From a virus (taxonomy: Duplodnaviria; Caudoviricetes), in IMG/VR virus record IMGVR_UViG_3300031993_000074, positions 620-64,619 of that record: a stretch of DNA of 64,000 nt, one strand, 5' to 3'. The translations under genes were made by a program, and so were the position numbers. Each line of letters begins with the position of its first letter. Position 1 is the stretch's first letter. Below, one piece after another: positions 9,330-18,459 of this stretch. The notes under the pieces are model-generated. The model ran no database searches and had not been told where the DNA came from. It saw only the letters and a program-made list of their open reading frames with translations.

Positions 9330-9785
9330 ATGGCAGCAACACGCTACGCGATACACATGGAGACGGGCGTAATCGTTCCGATGACGAGCGAGACGCTTGA
9401 GAACTACATCTACCAGGAGATTGAGCCTAACGTGGCTCTCATGGTGGATCGCGGCGAACTTGATGCGAAGTATGTGATCGAGCAGATCGAGAAGCAGCTT
9501 CCAAAAACATCCCTCCGCGACAAGCTGAAACTTGTCTCAAAGCAGAACGTGCGCCAGAGCGACTTCGGACTGAAGGAGGCCGCGCGTGCTGCCGTGGACA
9601 TGGGCGAGAGCAGAGTGGTGAAGATTCCGCTTCCAAAGGCAGACAACCCCAAGCCCGGGAAGAAGCCTGCGCCAAAAGCCCCTGCGTCAAAGAAGGAGCC
9701 TGCGCCAGAAGCCCCTGCGTCCGAAGGCGAGTCTGCCTCCGAGGCTCCCGCTCCTGCAACCGCCGAGCCCAAAGTGAACGTATAG
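9330..9785 (+). CDS. Hypothetical protein with a P/A/K/E low-complexity C-terminus
   Basis: SD GAAAGGAAA before ATG 9330. Confidence 0.7.
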   Translation: MAATRYAIHMETGVIVPMTSETLENYIYQEIEPNVALMVDRGELDAKYVIEQIEKQLPKTSLRDKLKLVSKQNVRQSDFGLKEAARAAVDMGESRVVKIPLPKADNPKPGKKPAPKAPASKKEPAPEAPASEGESASEAPAPATAEPKVNV

Positions 9786-9788
9786 CAA

Positions 9789-10493
9789 ATGGGAAATTCC
9801 TTCCAGACAGAATGGGAAGCCCCCGAACTCGAATCTCTCGCGTCACTCGCGGAGAATCTCGTATATCGCATCCCCGGATGCGACAATACGGTTATCCGTA
9901 AGACTTTGCAAGAGGTGGCGCGAGAGTTCGTGTCCGACACGCAGTGCCTCACGTCGCACCAGGTGCTAGAGCCAGATGACGGCGGGATGTGCTACCCGGT
10001 TCCGCGTTTCGGTGGCAAAGTGGCGGACGTGCGGGAAGTCTGGAAGTTTAGGCGCCATCTGCGCAAGGGCGTTGACTGGAACTGGCCGATAGGCACGGGA
10101 ATCAGGATTGCCCCGCACCTGCTTCCGCGTCCAGAGGTTGCAAACGCAAGCCCGGCCGTTCCGAAAGACGCCATCCGCTATGCGCCGCGCACAAACCTCA
10201 TGGACGCGGCTCCAGAGTTTCGTGCGCCGCCGGTCACACCGTTTTCGGCGGTGGTGGTGGAGCATCTGCCGCTCTTCTACGAGAACCTTCCAAAGTGGTT
10301 TTTGCAAAAGCATGGAGACGCGATATGCTCAGGTGTTCTTGGACGGCTCTTTGCCATGACCGGCAAGCCGTGGAGTGATGCGCAGCAGGCGGCTGACGAG
10401 CGCATTCGGTACGACAACGCAAAGAGCGAGCTTCGAATGAGGCACGAAATTCCCGCAGACGGACGGGCAATTGACATGTCGGAGGTGCTATGA
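9789..10493 (+). CDS. Probable head-tail adaptor/connector protein
   Basis: Pattern 'PGCxxxxIxxxLxxxAREF...' and 'SGVLGRLFAMTGKPWSD' resembles podoviral adaptors. Confidence 0.55.
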   Translation: MGNSFQTEWEAPELESLASLAENLVYRIPGCDNTVIRKTLQEVAREFVSDTQCLTSHQVLEPDDGGMCYPVPRFGGKVADVREVWKFRRHLRKGVDWNWPIGTGIRIAPHLLPRPEVANASPAVPKDAIRYAPRTNLMDAAPEFRAPPVTPFSAVVVEHLPLFYENLPKWFLQKHGDAICSGVLGRLFAMTGKPWSDAQQAADERIRYDNAKSELRMRHEIPADGRAIDMSEVL

Positions 10494-10541
10494 CGATTTC
10501 CCCTCGACACGGTGCCGAGGGGGCAATGAAAGGAACGAGCT

Positions 10542-10880
10542 ATGACGAAAGAAATGAAACACGAACTGAAGATGAAGTTCCTCAAGGAAACGAAGGAGAG
10601 ATCCGTTTCGTGCTTGAGGGCGATGGGCGCCGACCCGAAGGACTACGAGCCGTGCTCCTGGGAGGGCGTAATGACGATGCTCTCCGACGTGATGCGACAC
10701 AAGACATACGACGACGCATCCGCCGCGATCATGGCCGCGTCTGCGTGGGTATGGGCGAACAAGGAGTGCGAGATACGCGAGAGTATCGCGCAAATGGACG
10801 AGCTACTTGTGAAGGAGATGGAGGCTGCGCACGTGGGCGACGGCTCCGCCGTGAAGATCGTCCAGTCTCTCGGCAAGTGA
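10542..10880 (+). CDS. Hypothetical protein (112 aa)
   Basis: SD AAAGGAA; codon usage like its neighbours. Confidence 0.7.
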   Translation: MTKEMKHELKMKFLKETKERSVSCLRAMGADPKDYEPCSWEGVMTMLSDVMRHKTYDDASAAIMAASAWVWANKECEIRESIAQMDELLVKEMEAAHVGDGSAVKIVQSLGK

Positions 10881-10938
10881 TTTCCGCGTCCGGTTGGGCG
10901 CGGAACTGTACAGTAAACAACCAACGAAAGGTAAAACT

Positions 10939-11430
10939 ATGGAAAAGGAACAGGTATCAATCGACTGGGGCGGCACACGTGGCGCCGTCTGGACGGGCGC
11001 GGGTGCGCTCATCGGTCTGCTTGCGCAGCGCAGCGGACTTCTCGGAGGCAACGGCATTCTCGGCGGCGGGACGTCGTGCGAGGTTGCCACGCAGCGCGAC
11101 CTCGGCTACGAGCGTGAGCTGACGAAGGCCAACGCCGAAATCGGACAGCTCAAGGCGGAGAAGTACGCGGATGCGTCGGTCCTCGCCGCAGAGCGCCGTC
11201 TCGCCGACAAGATCGAGAAGATCGAGACGACGATGAACGCCGGCTTCCGTGCGCAGGGCGAGTACAACGTGGCGAACACCGCCGCTGTTGCCACTCTTAA
11301 CAACCAGACCATGCAGCTGATGAAGATGACGAATCTCATCATCTCCGGGCCTGCGTTTGCCGAGAGCCAGGCAGCCGCCGCTCCGTTCGTGGCGAAGGCG
11401 TCCACCGCAAGCACGACCTCCGGCTCGTAA
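10939..11430 (+). CDS. Hypothetical protein: Gly-rich hydrophobic N-terminus plus coiled coil
   Basis: SD AAAGGT; strong codon bias; followed by a hairpin. Confidence 0.75.
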   Translation: MEKEQVSIDWGGTRGAVWTGAGALIGLLAQRSGLLGGNGILGGGTSCEVATQRDLGYERELTKANAEIGQLKAEKYADASVLAAERRLADKIEKIETTMNAGFRAQGEYNVANTAAVATLNNQTMQLMKMTNLIISGPAFAESQAAAAPFVAKASTASTTSGS

Positions 11431-11444
11431 GGCTTCTGGCGAAG

Positions 11445-11485
11445 GTCGGGGCCAAGCCCGTTTCTAGGGCGGGCTTGACCCCGAC
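11445..11485 (+). terminator. Strong GC stem-loop (terminator or RNA stabiliser)
   Basis: GTCGGGGCCAAGCCCG ... CGGGCTTGACCCCGAC (16-bp stem, one G-U pair); no U-tract. Confidence 0.5.
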
Positions 11486-11518
11486 GTAAACCAAAAACCA
11501 TACAGGAGGAAACCCAAG

Positions 11519-11857
11519 ATGAAGATGACCATAGACAAGTTCAACGAGCGCGTCAGCAAGTTCGTGTGGCAGGTCGTGATACCCGACGCAAAGGACGTGC
11601 AGACGAAATGCGTGTTCGGCGCGATAGAGAAGCTGGGCATTCTGCGCCTCGACGACAGGTATTGCAAGATGCTCAAGCCACTCGGCATAATCGACGCCGA
11701 CGGACGTCTCGACGTTGACCGACTAAAGCTTGGCGTCAACGGCGCGATGGAGGCTGGCGGCGGTTCGATCTCTCTTGGCGGGCTTCTTCCTGTGAATATC
11801 CCCAAGCCCGTTGTAGACAAACTGTACAAGTTTCTGGAAACAGAGACCGTAGAATGA
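11519..11857 (+). CDS. Hypothetical protein (112 aa)
   Basis: SD AGGAGG. Confidence 0.75.
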   Translation: MKMTIDKFNERVSKFVWQVVIPDAKDVQTKCVFGAIEKLGILRLDDRYCKMLKPLGIIDADGRLDVDRLKLGVNGAMEAGGGSISLGGLLPVNIPKPVVDKLYKFLETETVE

Positions 11858-11876
11858 TTTTCAGGAGGACGGCGGC

Positions 11877-14828
11877 ATGACGGAACTTATCATCACACCG
11901 AAGGTTCAGGACAAGACGGCAAGGTTCAAGGGAGCCATCGCCGCCGGCGAGCATGTCGCCGTCACCATCAAGGGCGGCGCGGAGTGGATAGGAGAGGACG
12001 ACGGCGCAAACCTGATGTTGCGCGTCATCGACCTTATCACGAAGCGCACCCTTGCCGTGTTTCCGCGTCCGCCCGAGACGCTTGCGGAGGGCGAGACCTT
12101 CGCCGAGGGCGAGAACGAGTGGGATAGCGACGAAGCGGACCTCACCTGCACACTCAATCTCAACACGGCGCGGATGGTGAATGCGGCGCGGCACATGATA
12201 ACGGTGCCGGTGCTATTTGTGCTGGGCGACACCGACAATCCGCGAACGCTCTACTTCCGCGACCAGTACGAGGTCGAATACTGGCCGGAGCGCATAGGCG
12301 ACGACGTGCCATACGACCTCGACAGATGGCCGAAGCAGATCGACGACTGGACGGCGCTCGTTGCCGAATGGCAGTCTCAGATGACGGCATTTGGCACGAC
12401 GCTTACGGGGCACGTCGGCAACAACAACATCCATGTCACCGCAGAGCAGAAGATTGCATGGACGAATAAGCAGGATGCGATTGCAGACCTTGAAGCGATC
12501 CGCGCCGGCGCAGCCAAGGGTGCAACAGCGCTTCAAGAGCACCAGGACATTTCGGGGAAGGCTGATCTTGTTGGCGGGAAGGTTCCGCAGTCACAACTTC
12601 CGTCTTACGTTGACGATGTGCTTGAGTATGCTTCGGCGGCGAACTTCCCTGCAACTGGCGAAGAAGGGAAGATATACGTAGCGAAGGACGAGAACAAGAC
12701 CTACCGCTGGAGCGGGTCGCAGTACGTGCAGATCGGCGGAGACGGCTCTTCGGTTACGGTAGATCCCACGCTCTCCGTGCAGGGCGCGGCGGCCGACGCG
12801 AAGGCGACGGGCGACGCGCTGGCACTCCGTCCGACGAAGGCGCAGCTCGACGCGGGCTGGTGGAGCGTGTGGACGATATTGCGCGACGGCGTGGACGTGA
12901 CGGCACAGGTGCAACAGCCGGAATGTATCTCTGATACAGGTGGTGACGAGTGGTATGTATACGTCGTATCTACCGATGAACGAGCCTCATCTCCACGTGA
13001 ATACGACGCAGATGCGTTGGAGCTTTCATGGAAAGGGGTAGACTCTTCCGAAGTCTTCCACGAATACACCGCCACCCGCCACCGCGTGTCCGCCCCCGTG
13101 CCGACTAAGCCCGAGGACATTGGGGCGGCGAGTACGAACGATGTGATGCTGACGCCCGTCTACTCCCAGACGCCGACGTACGGAAACGATTGGACGTTTA
13201 GCGGAACGGAGCCGCCGACGGGGTATCACTATGAATGCTACTGGAGCGCTGCTGACGATTTCTGGATTTTGTCTAAAGTGTCAGATTCCGACCCAACGGA
13301 CAGAGAAGGCATATACTATGCAGGTACCTCGCCCACTGACACGACACTGCACTTTATAATAACGGGCTATGATGTTACCGCCACCCGCGTCCGCACGGAC
13401 ATAATCGGCTACATCCTCGGCTCGCAGACCGACAGGCCGCTCCAGCCGAAGGGCGACTACCAGCCCGCAGGAAGCTACGCATCCCCGTCAGACATCGGCA
13501 TCCCCGCGTTCTCGACGACCGCGACATACGTGTATGGGAATTTGGTCGTTCGCAGCAACGCGGTATGGGAATGCCAAGAACCTTCAATCGTGCCGGGAGA
13601 ATGGATCGACAATTATTGGCGCAAGCTCTTCGACCTTGATACGGGCGCGCCCGTAAGCGGCGGCACGAAGCTCATCACGAACGGGCAGGTGCAGACGGCG
13701 CTCGACGCCAAGGCCGATGCCGAAGCCGTCGCCCCCGCCTACGACGCGACCGCCGCGTATTCGGTCGGCGACGTTGTGACGCACGATGGGAGGCGCTACG
13801 TCTGCAACACGGCGATAGCGACGGGCGGCGAGGCGTGGACCGCCGCGCACTGGACGCTGACGGACGTGGAGACGGAACTTGCCGCCAAGGCCCCTCTCGC
13901 CTCCCCCGCCTTCACCGGCACGCCGACCGCGCCGACGCCGACGGCTGGCGACAACTCCACGAAGGTTGCGACAACCGCGTTCGTGCAGGGAGAAGGTGCG
14001 AACAAACTCGACTCGGCGTCCGCCGCCCCCGCGTGGGTCAGCAACGCGGTATACACGGCAAATGCGCTCGTCACCTACAACGGCGTTATTTATTGCAACA
14101 CGAACGGTGGCACTTTCGTGAGCGACATCCCGCCAAGCTCCGACACGAACTGGAAGGAGAAGAAGGTCAGCGAACTGTTCCTACCGCTCACGGGTGGTGA
14201 GGTGACGGGACCGCTGACGCTGAAACGCGGAGTTGCAGCAGGAGGGGATGCTGCATTCTATGGCGATGGTATCAGGAACCTTGACAATAACGCGGTTTAT
14301 GCTTGGCCAACGAAGTCCGGGAATGGGAAAATCGCCCTCACCGCAGGCATGAACCACTCCGGCAACCTCGCCGCGCTCGACGAGGACGGCAACCCGACGG
14401 ACAGCACGATACCCGCCGCGAACGTCGCGGTGAAAGGCAACATCCCCTACGACCTCGTGACGATTACCACGGGGCAGCTGCAAGACCACGCCGTGCAGGA
14501 GGTGACGCTTTCCGCCGCGACGACGACGCTCGTTCTCCCCGCGCTGACGTCGGGCAAGGTTTCCGACTTCGGCATCGACGTGGTGAACGCCTATGAGGAA
14601 TCCGGCACGCCCGCCGCCGCGTCGATTTCGCTCTCTGGCACAATCGGCACGGACTACAACATCATAACCGCCGACGGCGACGACTTCAGCGAGATGACCG
14701 CGCTCGCAGCGGGCGAAATGGCGGAATACTACTTCACGCTTACTGCGTTCGCGCTCGGCGGACTTCCGACGTGGCGCGTCTACAAGCAGACGGTCAAGCA
14801 GTACACGCCCGCAGTCGTGACGCCGTAA
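11877..14828 (+). CDS. Tail fibre / receptor-binding protein with three CBM5/12-like modules
   Basis: 983 aa. Fibre motifs (KADLVGGKVPQSQLPSYVDDVLEY; KAPLASPAFTGTPTAPT) and three 'PAF/Y/W...Y...V.....Y/W.C' repeats; mosaic GC content. Confidence 0.75.
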   Translation: MTELIITPKVQDKTARFKGAIAAGEHVAVTIKGGAEWIGEDDGANLMLRVIDLITKRTLAVFPRPPETLAEGETFAEGENEWDSDEADLTCTLNLNTARMVNAARHMITVPVLFVLGDTDNPRTLYFRDQYEVEYWPERIGDDVPYDLDRWPKQIDDWTALVAEWQSQMTAFGTTLTGHVGNNNIHVTAEQKIAWTNKQDAIADLEAIRAGAAKGATALQEHQDISGKADLVGGKVPQSQLPSYVDDVLEYASAANFPATGEEGKIYVAKDENKTYRWSGSQYVQIGGDGSSVTVDPTLSVQGAAADAKATGDALALRPTKAQLDAGWWSVWTILRDGVDVTAQVQQPECISDTGGDEWYVYVVSTDERASSPREYDADALELSWKGVDSSEVFHEYTATRHRVSAPVPTKPEDIGAASTNDVMLTPVYSQTPTYGNDWTFSGTEPPTGYHYECYWSAADDFWILSKVSDSDPTDREGIYYAGTSPTDTTLHFIITGYDVTATRVRTDIIGYILGSQTDRPLQPKGDYQPAGSYASPSDIGIPAFSTTATYVYGNLVVRSNAVWECQEPSIVPGEWIDNYWRKLFDLDTGAPVSGGTKLITNGQVQTALDAKADAEAVAPAYDATAAYSVGDVVTHDGRRYVCNTAIATGGEAWTAAHWTLTDVETELAAKAPLASPAFTGTPTAPTPTAGDNSTKVATTAFVQGEGANKLDSASAAPAWVSNAVYTANALVTYNGVIYCNTNGGTFVSDIPPSSDTNWKEKKVSELFLPLTGGEVTGPLTLKRGVAAGGDAAFYGDGIRNLDNNAVYAWPTKSGNGKIALTAGMNHSGNLAALDEDGNPTDSTIPAANVAVKGNIPYDLVTITTGQLQDHAVQEVTLSAATTTLVLPALTSGKVSDFGIDVVNAYEESGTPAAASISLSGTIGTDYNIITADGDDFSEMTALAAGEMAEYYFTLTAFALGGLPTWRVYKQTVKQYTPAVVTP

Positions 14829-14843
14829 AGGAGGGAAGCCGAC

Positions 14844-15344
14844 ATGAGACTCAACCGCAACTTTGCAAAGGCAACGCTCAAGGCAGACGGCACGCCAGAC
14901 TATGCGCCGAACGCCTTTCACTTCAACGGGCGCGACTACCTGCACCCGACCGCCGAGGACTACCACGCGGCGGGGTTCATCGACGTTTTGAACAACCCCG
15001 CGCCGTCCGACGCACCGCAGGGCCAGCACTACGAGTTCCGCTCCTACGAGGTAGCCGACGGCGCGATACGCCGCACCTACGCGCTCGTTGACGACCCGCC
15101 TCCCCCGCCGCGCGTGTTCGTGACCGCCGACTTGGTGGAGGCGCTCATGGCGGAGGGCATCTATCAGCAGGTCCGCGACTGGATCGTCGAACAGGGTATG
15201 CTCGACCTCGTTCTCGCCACCAAGGAGTTCGACGAGAACAACGCGAACTTCCAAGCCGGGAAGACCGCGCTCCAGTCCGCTCTCGGCTGGACGGACGCGG
15301 AGGTGGAGGAACTGCTCGCCAAGTGCGTCAAGGAGGGCGTGTGA
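14844..15344 (+). CDS. Tail-fibre-associated protein (chaperone-like)
   Basis: Directly follows the fibre gene; SD AAGGAGGG. Confidence 0.6.
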   Translation: MRLNRNFAKATLKADGTPDYAPNAFHFNGRDYLHPTAEDYHAAGFIDVLNNPAPSDAPQGQHYEFRSYEVADGAIRRTYALVDDPPPPPRVFVTADLVEALMAEGIYQQVRDWIVEQGMLDLVLATKEFDENNANFQAGKTALQSALGWTDAEVEELLAKCVKEGV

Positions 15345-15345
15345 T

Positions 15346-15996
15346 ATGCTGATCAACAGGCGCGACGCGATGCTCGGCGGTAAGCGCCTCCCCTACGACG
15401 CCGAGGTGGAGTACCTGGAGATTGACAACAGTGAGAATGTCATCTTTACCCCGCTTAGATTTTGCGACCTGCCCGGCGCGAAGCTGACAGTTGCAATATC
15501 TCTGTCTACAAGCGTTGCGCGGAATAGTGGTCAGTTTTTGGGCGTGATTGCCTCCACAAGCGGCGGGTATTTCAGATATGGCGGCTACCAGTCCATAACA
15601 ATCGGGATAGGCATAAACAACTTGGGGACTATTGCGCAAGATACGTCGTATAACGAAACTATCAGGACTTTGGTCATTGATTTTCCAGCAAACAAGATTT
15701 TGATCGACAATTCCGAAACGTCCATCAAGCCGAAAGATGCATGGGACAACAACGTCAGGGAGGCGGTAAAGACGTACACCAGTCTGATATGTCTGGGAGC
15801 CGTCGGATCATCCAGTTATGGCAGGGTTGGCACTCAATTTCACGCCGTATCATGTGTCCTTCGTGGCGATTTATTGTTCGACTTGCTGCCTGTCCGCCGC
15901 ACTCTCGACGGCGTGTCCGTGGGCGAGATGTACGACCGCGTGACGGGCACGTTCATGGAGCGGCACGGGACGTTCGTGACCGGCCCTGACAAGTAA
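15346..15996 (+). CDS. Putative lectin/ConA-like virion accessory protein with a low-GC core
   Basis: GC-rich ends (LPYDAEVEYLE; FDLLPVRR...GEMYDRVTG...GPDK) around an AT-rich, beta-rich core (~15418-15880). Confidence 0.6.
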   Translation: MLINRRDAMLGGKRLPYDAEVEYLEIDNSENVIFTPLRFCDLPGAKLTVAISLSTSVARNSGQFLGVIASTSGGYFRYGGYQSITIGIGINNLGTIAQDTSYNETIRTLVIDFPANKILIDNSETSIKPKDAWDNNVREAVKTYTSLICLGAVGSSSYGRVGTQFHAVSCVLRGDLLFDLLPVRRTLDGVSVGEMYDRVTGTFMERHGTFVTGPDK

Positions 15997-16008
15997 GGAG
16001 ACTTCACC

Positions 16009-16140
16009 ATGCCGACCCCGCAGTCCCAGATAAACAGCCAACTGTTCAACCGCCTCAACTCCCGCGCCCTGACCGCCGCCGAGATAGCGGCGAACCACGC
16101 GATCGACAAGGCGCGGTTCAACCTGCCCGACGCCACGTAA
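16009..16140 (+). CDS. Small protein (43 aa), not in the ORF track
   Basis: SD AAGGAGA; MPTPQSQINSQLFNRLNSRALTAAEIAANHAIDKARFNLPDAT*; GC3-biased codons. Confidence 0.65.
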   Translation: MPTPQSQINSQLFNRLNSRALTAAEIAANHAIDKARFNLPDAT

Positions 16141-16159
16141 GGGAGGAGACTTCGCGACC

Positions 16160-16531
16160 ATGTGCATGAGAAAGACAAAGGAAGGATGCGTGCTCGCCAA
16201 CCAGCAGAAGGCGTTGGAGGCGAAAGTCGCGGACATGGGCACCCGGCTGACGCAGGTTGAAACCGACATCGGCAAGATTCGCTCGGAGACGCAGAACGGC
16301 TTCAAGCAGGGGGCGGAAGCCATGCGTGAGATAAACGTGTCCGTCTCCAACTTGGCGCACGACTTCGGCGCGCGCATGACGAACATGGAGGCGCGAATCA
16401 TAACCGAGAAGGAGAAGTGGGGCGAGGTTCTTCGCACCATCCTCAAATGGGGCGCGAAAGCCCTCATCCTCGGCGCCCTCGTCGCGATGGGCGTCAACAT
16501 CGTAAGCAGCGTCTTAAAGTCATTCAACTGA
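16160..16531 (+). CDS. Coiled-coil protein with a C-terminal TM helix (holin/spanin-like)
   Basis: SD GGGAGGAG; heptad-rich N-part; TM segment ALILGALVAMGVNIV. Confidence 0.55.
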   Translation: MCMRKTKEGCVLANQQKALEAKVADMGTRLTQVETDIGKIRSETQNGFKQGAEAMREINVSVSNLAHDFGARMTNMEARIITEKEKWGEVLRTILKWGAKALILGALVAMGVNIVSSVLKSFN

Positions 16532-16573
16532 AAGAATTTCCGGCATGGGGCCGGGGAACAAACAGGAGGAAAC

Positions 16574-16939
16574 ATGAAACTAACTGAAATGCTGAAGGAG
16601 TTGAACATCGGCAAGTGGTCTGCTTGCTGGGCGTTCATTTCCGACGGGTGGGCTGGAATAGCCCGTTTGGTCTGCGAGGCGTTTACCAAACTGCTCCGCA
16701 GGAAAGACCCCGACAAGTTGCGCGGCTACGCGGAGTTTGTGGGGAAGATTGCCGTGTACGTTGGCGGAGGCGTGGAGACATTCTGCACCGACGACGCGAC
16801 GAAGGCGGCAGGTATGGCTACGGCGAGTGCCGTGTCCGTTCTCTCGGAGCATCTTGCGGACGGCGAGTACACGACCGAAGAGCTCTCCGCAGATATCGAA
16901 AACATAGAAAAGTGCGTGAACGCGTGGAAGGCGGTGTGA
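16574..16939 (+). CDS. Hypothetical protein (121 aa)
   Basis: SD CAGGAGG. Confidence 0.7.
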   Translation: MKLTEMLKELNIGKWSACWAFISDGWAGIARLVCEAFTKLLRRKDPDKLRGYAEFVGKIAVYVGGGVETFCTDDATKAAGMATASAVSVLSEHLADGEYTTEELSADIENIEKCVNAWKAV

Positions 16940-16941
16940 AG

Positions 16942-17496
16942 ATGAAGGTCTCTAATATAAAGGGCAAGGTGGCGGCAAAGGTCGCCAAGGGCAAGGCAAA
17001 GATCGCCGCGAAGTGCGGCAAGTCCGGCAAGGCCGCGAAGGCTTGTGCCGTGCTTGCGCTTCTCGTTGTGTTCACCGGCTGCCACATGGGCGAACAGCCC
17101 ACGGCGCAGCGGGCGCAGACTGCTAACACCGAGGTGAAGTTCCTCGTCGAGGACGGCGGCACGGCCACGTTCAACTTCGGCGCGGAGTTCGTCTCGCAGG
17201 CGCAGGCGAACGAGACGAGCGGCACGGAAACGATGACCGCATCGCCGTCGAACACGCCCACGGTTTCCACCCCCGTCCAGATCGACGCGCGGTACAACGA
17301 CGCGATGGCCGCTGCTTCCAACGTCTCTAAGGGCGTGCTGGAGTCGCTTACGACCGCCGGCGCGAACAAGGTGCTGGAACTGATGTCGTCAAAGGAAACC
17401 GGCACGGTCGAGGTCGAAAAGAAGGACGGCACGACCGCGACGGTTGAGTGCAAGGACGGGCAATGCTCGATCTGCACCGACTGCACCGACAAGTGA
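16942..17496 (+). CDS. Putative lipoprotein (spanin-like candidate)
   Basis: Real start ATG 16942 (MKVSNIKG...). Basic N-region, hydrophobic AVLALLVVF, lipobox FTG-C; C-terminal CKDGQCSICTDC. Confidence 0.6.
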   Translation: MKVSNIKGKVAAKVAKGKAKIAAKCGKSGKAAKACAVLALLVVFTGCHMGEQPTAQRAQTANTEVKFLVEDGGTATFNFGAEFVSQAQANETSGTETMTASPSNTPTVSTPVQIDARYNDAMAAASNVSKGVLESLTTAGANKVLELMSSKETGTVEVEKKDGTTATVECKDGQCSICTDCTDK

Positions 17497-17562
17497 CAAT
17501 GTACGCCCCGTCGCCGTTTTTGGCAGTTTCGCGGCGGCGGGGACTTACGAAAGGAACGGAGA

Positions 17563-17976
17563 ATGACGACGACTTTGCAGAGCATAGTTGATGACGCGAG
17601 AAGGATGCTTGATGTGGCGGCGCAGAGCCACTACACCGACGCAGAACTTTCGCGCTATGCTGTAGAGGGTATGCGGCGGCTATATGCCCTTGCGCCGTCT
17701 TCGCGTTACGGTGAGAACGGCAGCATTGACGACCAGAACTTCCCGACCGCGCCCGACCCGCTGTCGAACACGGCAAGCCAGGAGGCGAGGACGACGAACG
17801 CCGAGGCGATAGCCGCCGCGCTCGCGTTTGAGGTTCGGATCAACGAGCCGCGCTGGCGCATCGGCATTGTTTATTACGCGGCGGGGCGCGCTCACGAAGT
17901 CGGGATAACCGACGCCGTGAACCTCCAGATGGCGGCCACGCTCAAGAAGCAGGCCGACGAGATTTTCATGGCATAG
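17563..17976 (+). CDS. Phage adaptor-like structural protein (DUF6682-like)
   Basis: N-terminal pattern 'SIVDDARRML.....YTDAELSRY' is typical of podoviral adaptor proteins. Confidence 0.55.
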   Translation: MTTTLQSIVDDARRMLDVAAQSHYTDAELSRYAVEGMRRLYALAPSSRYGENGSIDDQNFPTAPDPLSNTASQEARTTNAEAIAAALAFEVRINEPRWRIGIVYYAAGRAHEVGITDAVNLQMAATLKKQADEIFMA

Positions 17977-18007
17977 AGCCAGAAAAACAAACGAAAGGAA
18001 AGCAGAA

Positions 18008-18349
18008 ATGACACTAAGAGATGCATTGGACACAATCGTGTCAAGCTCAAACTACAACGCGATGAAGCGCCCGGCAATGGGCGGATACTTCTTTCGCAGC
18101 GCAATATCGACCACCGAAGGCACGGAGGGCGACTACACGCTCACCCTGCGCAAGCGCGCAAACGTCACGGACAATCCCGTGGACTACGTGTACTCCTACG
18201 ACGCGAGCGCAGGCACATGGACGGCACCGTCCACGAAGCCCGATCTGACTGGCGAGTTCTTCGGAGAACTTCTCGGCGACGACTGGCTTGTCGGCACCAG
18301 CACGGACTTCGAGAACGCCCGCATACCGTCCGGCGGCGACGAGTGGTAA
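18008..18349 (+). CDS. Hypothetical structural protein (113 aa)
   Basis: SD GAAAGGAA. Confidence 0.7.
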   Translation: MTLRDALDTIVSSSNYNAMKRPAMGGYFFRSAISTTEGTEGDYTLTLRKRANVTDNPVDYVYSYDASAGTWTAPSTKPDLTGEFFGELLGDDWLVGTSTDFENARIPSGGDEW

Positions 18350-18356
18350 GTGTGTA

Positions 18357-18436
18357 AATGTAAAATGGAAAATGGAGAATGTAAAATGAGGGAGAGCTGC
18401 CGCAATTCTACATTCTACATTCTCAATTCTCCATTC
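18357..18436. repeat. Inverted heptamer-repeat element (AATG(T/G)A(A/G) units ... (C/A)ATTCT(A/C) units)
   Basis: Five AATGNNN units at 18357-18391 and complementary ATTCT-type units at 18404-18436; intergenic. Confidence 0.8.
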
Positions 18437-18459
18437 AGCGAAAACGAGGAGCAAAGCAG

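Noticed and set aside
11877-15996. Diversity-generating retroelement acting on the fibre/lectin genes
   Set aside because: No reverse transcriptase (YxDD) ORF and no TR/VR pair differing at adenines was seen in the window.
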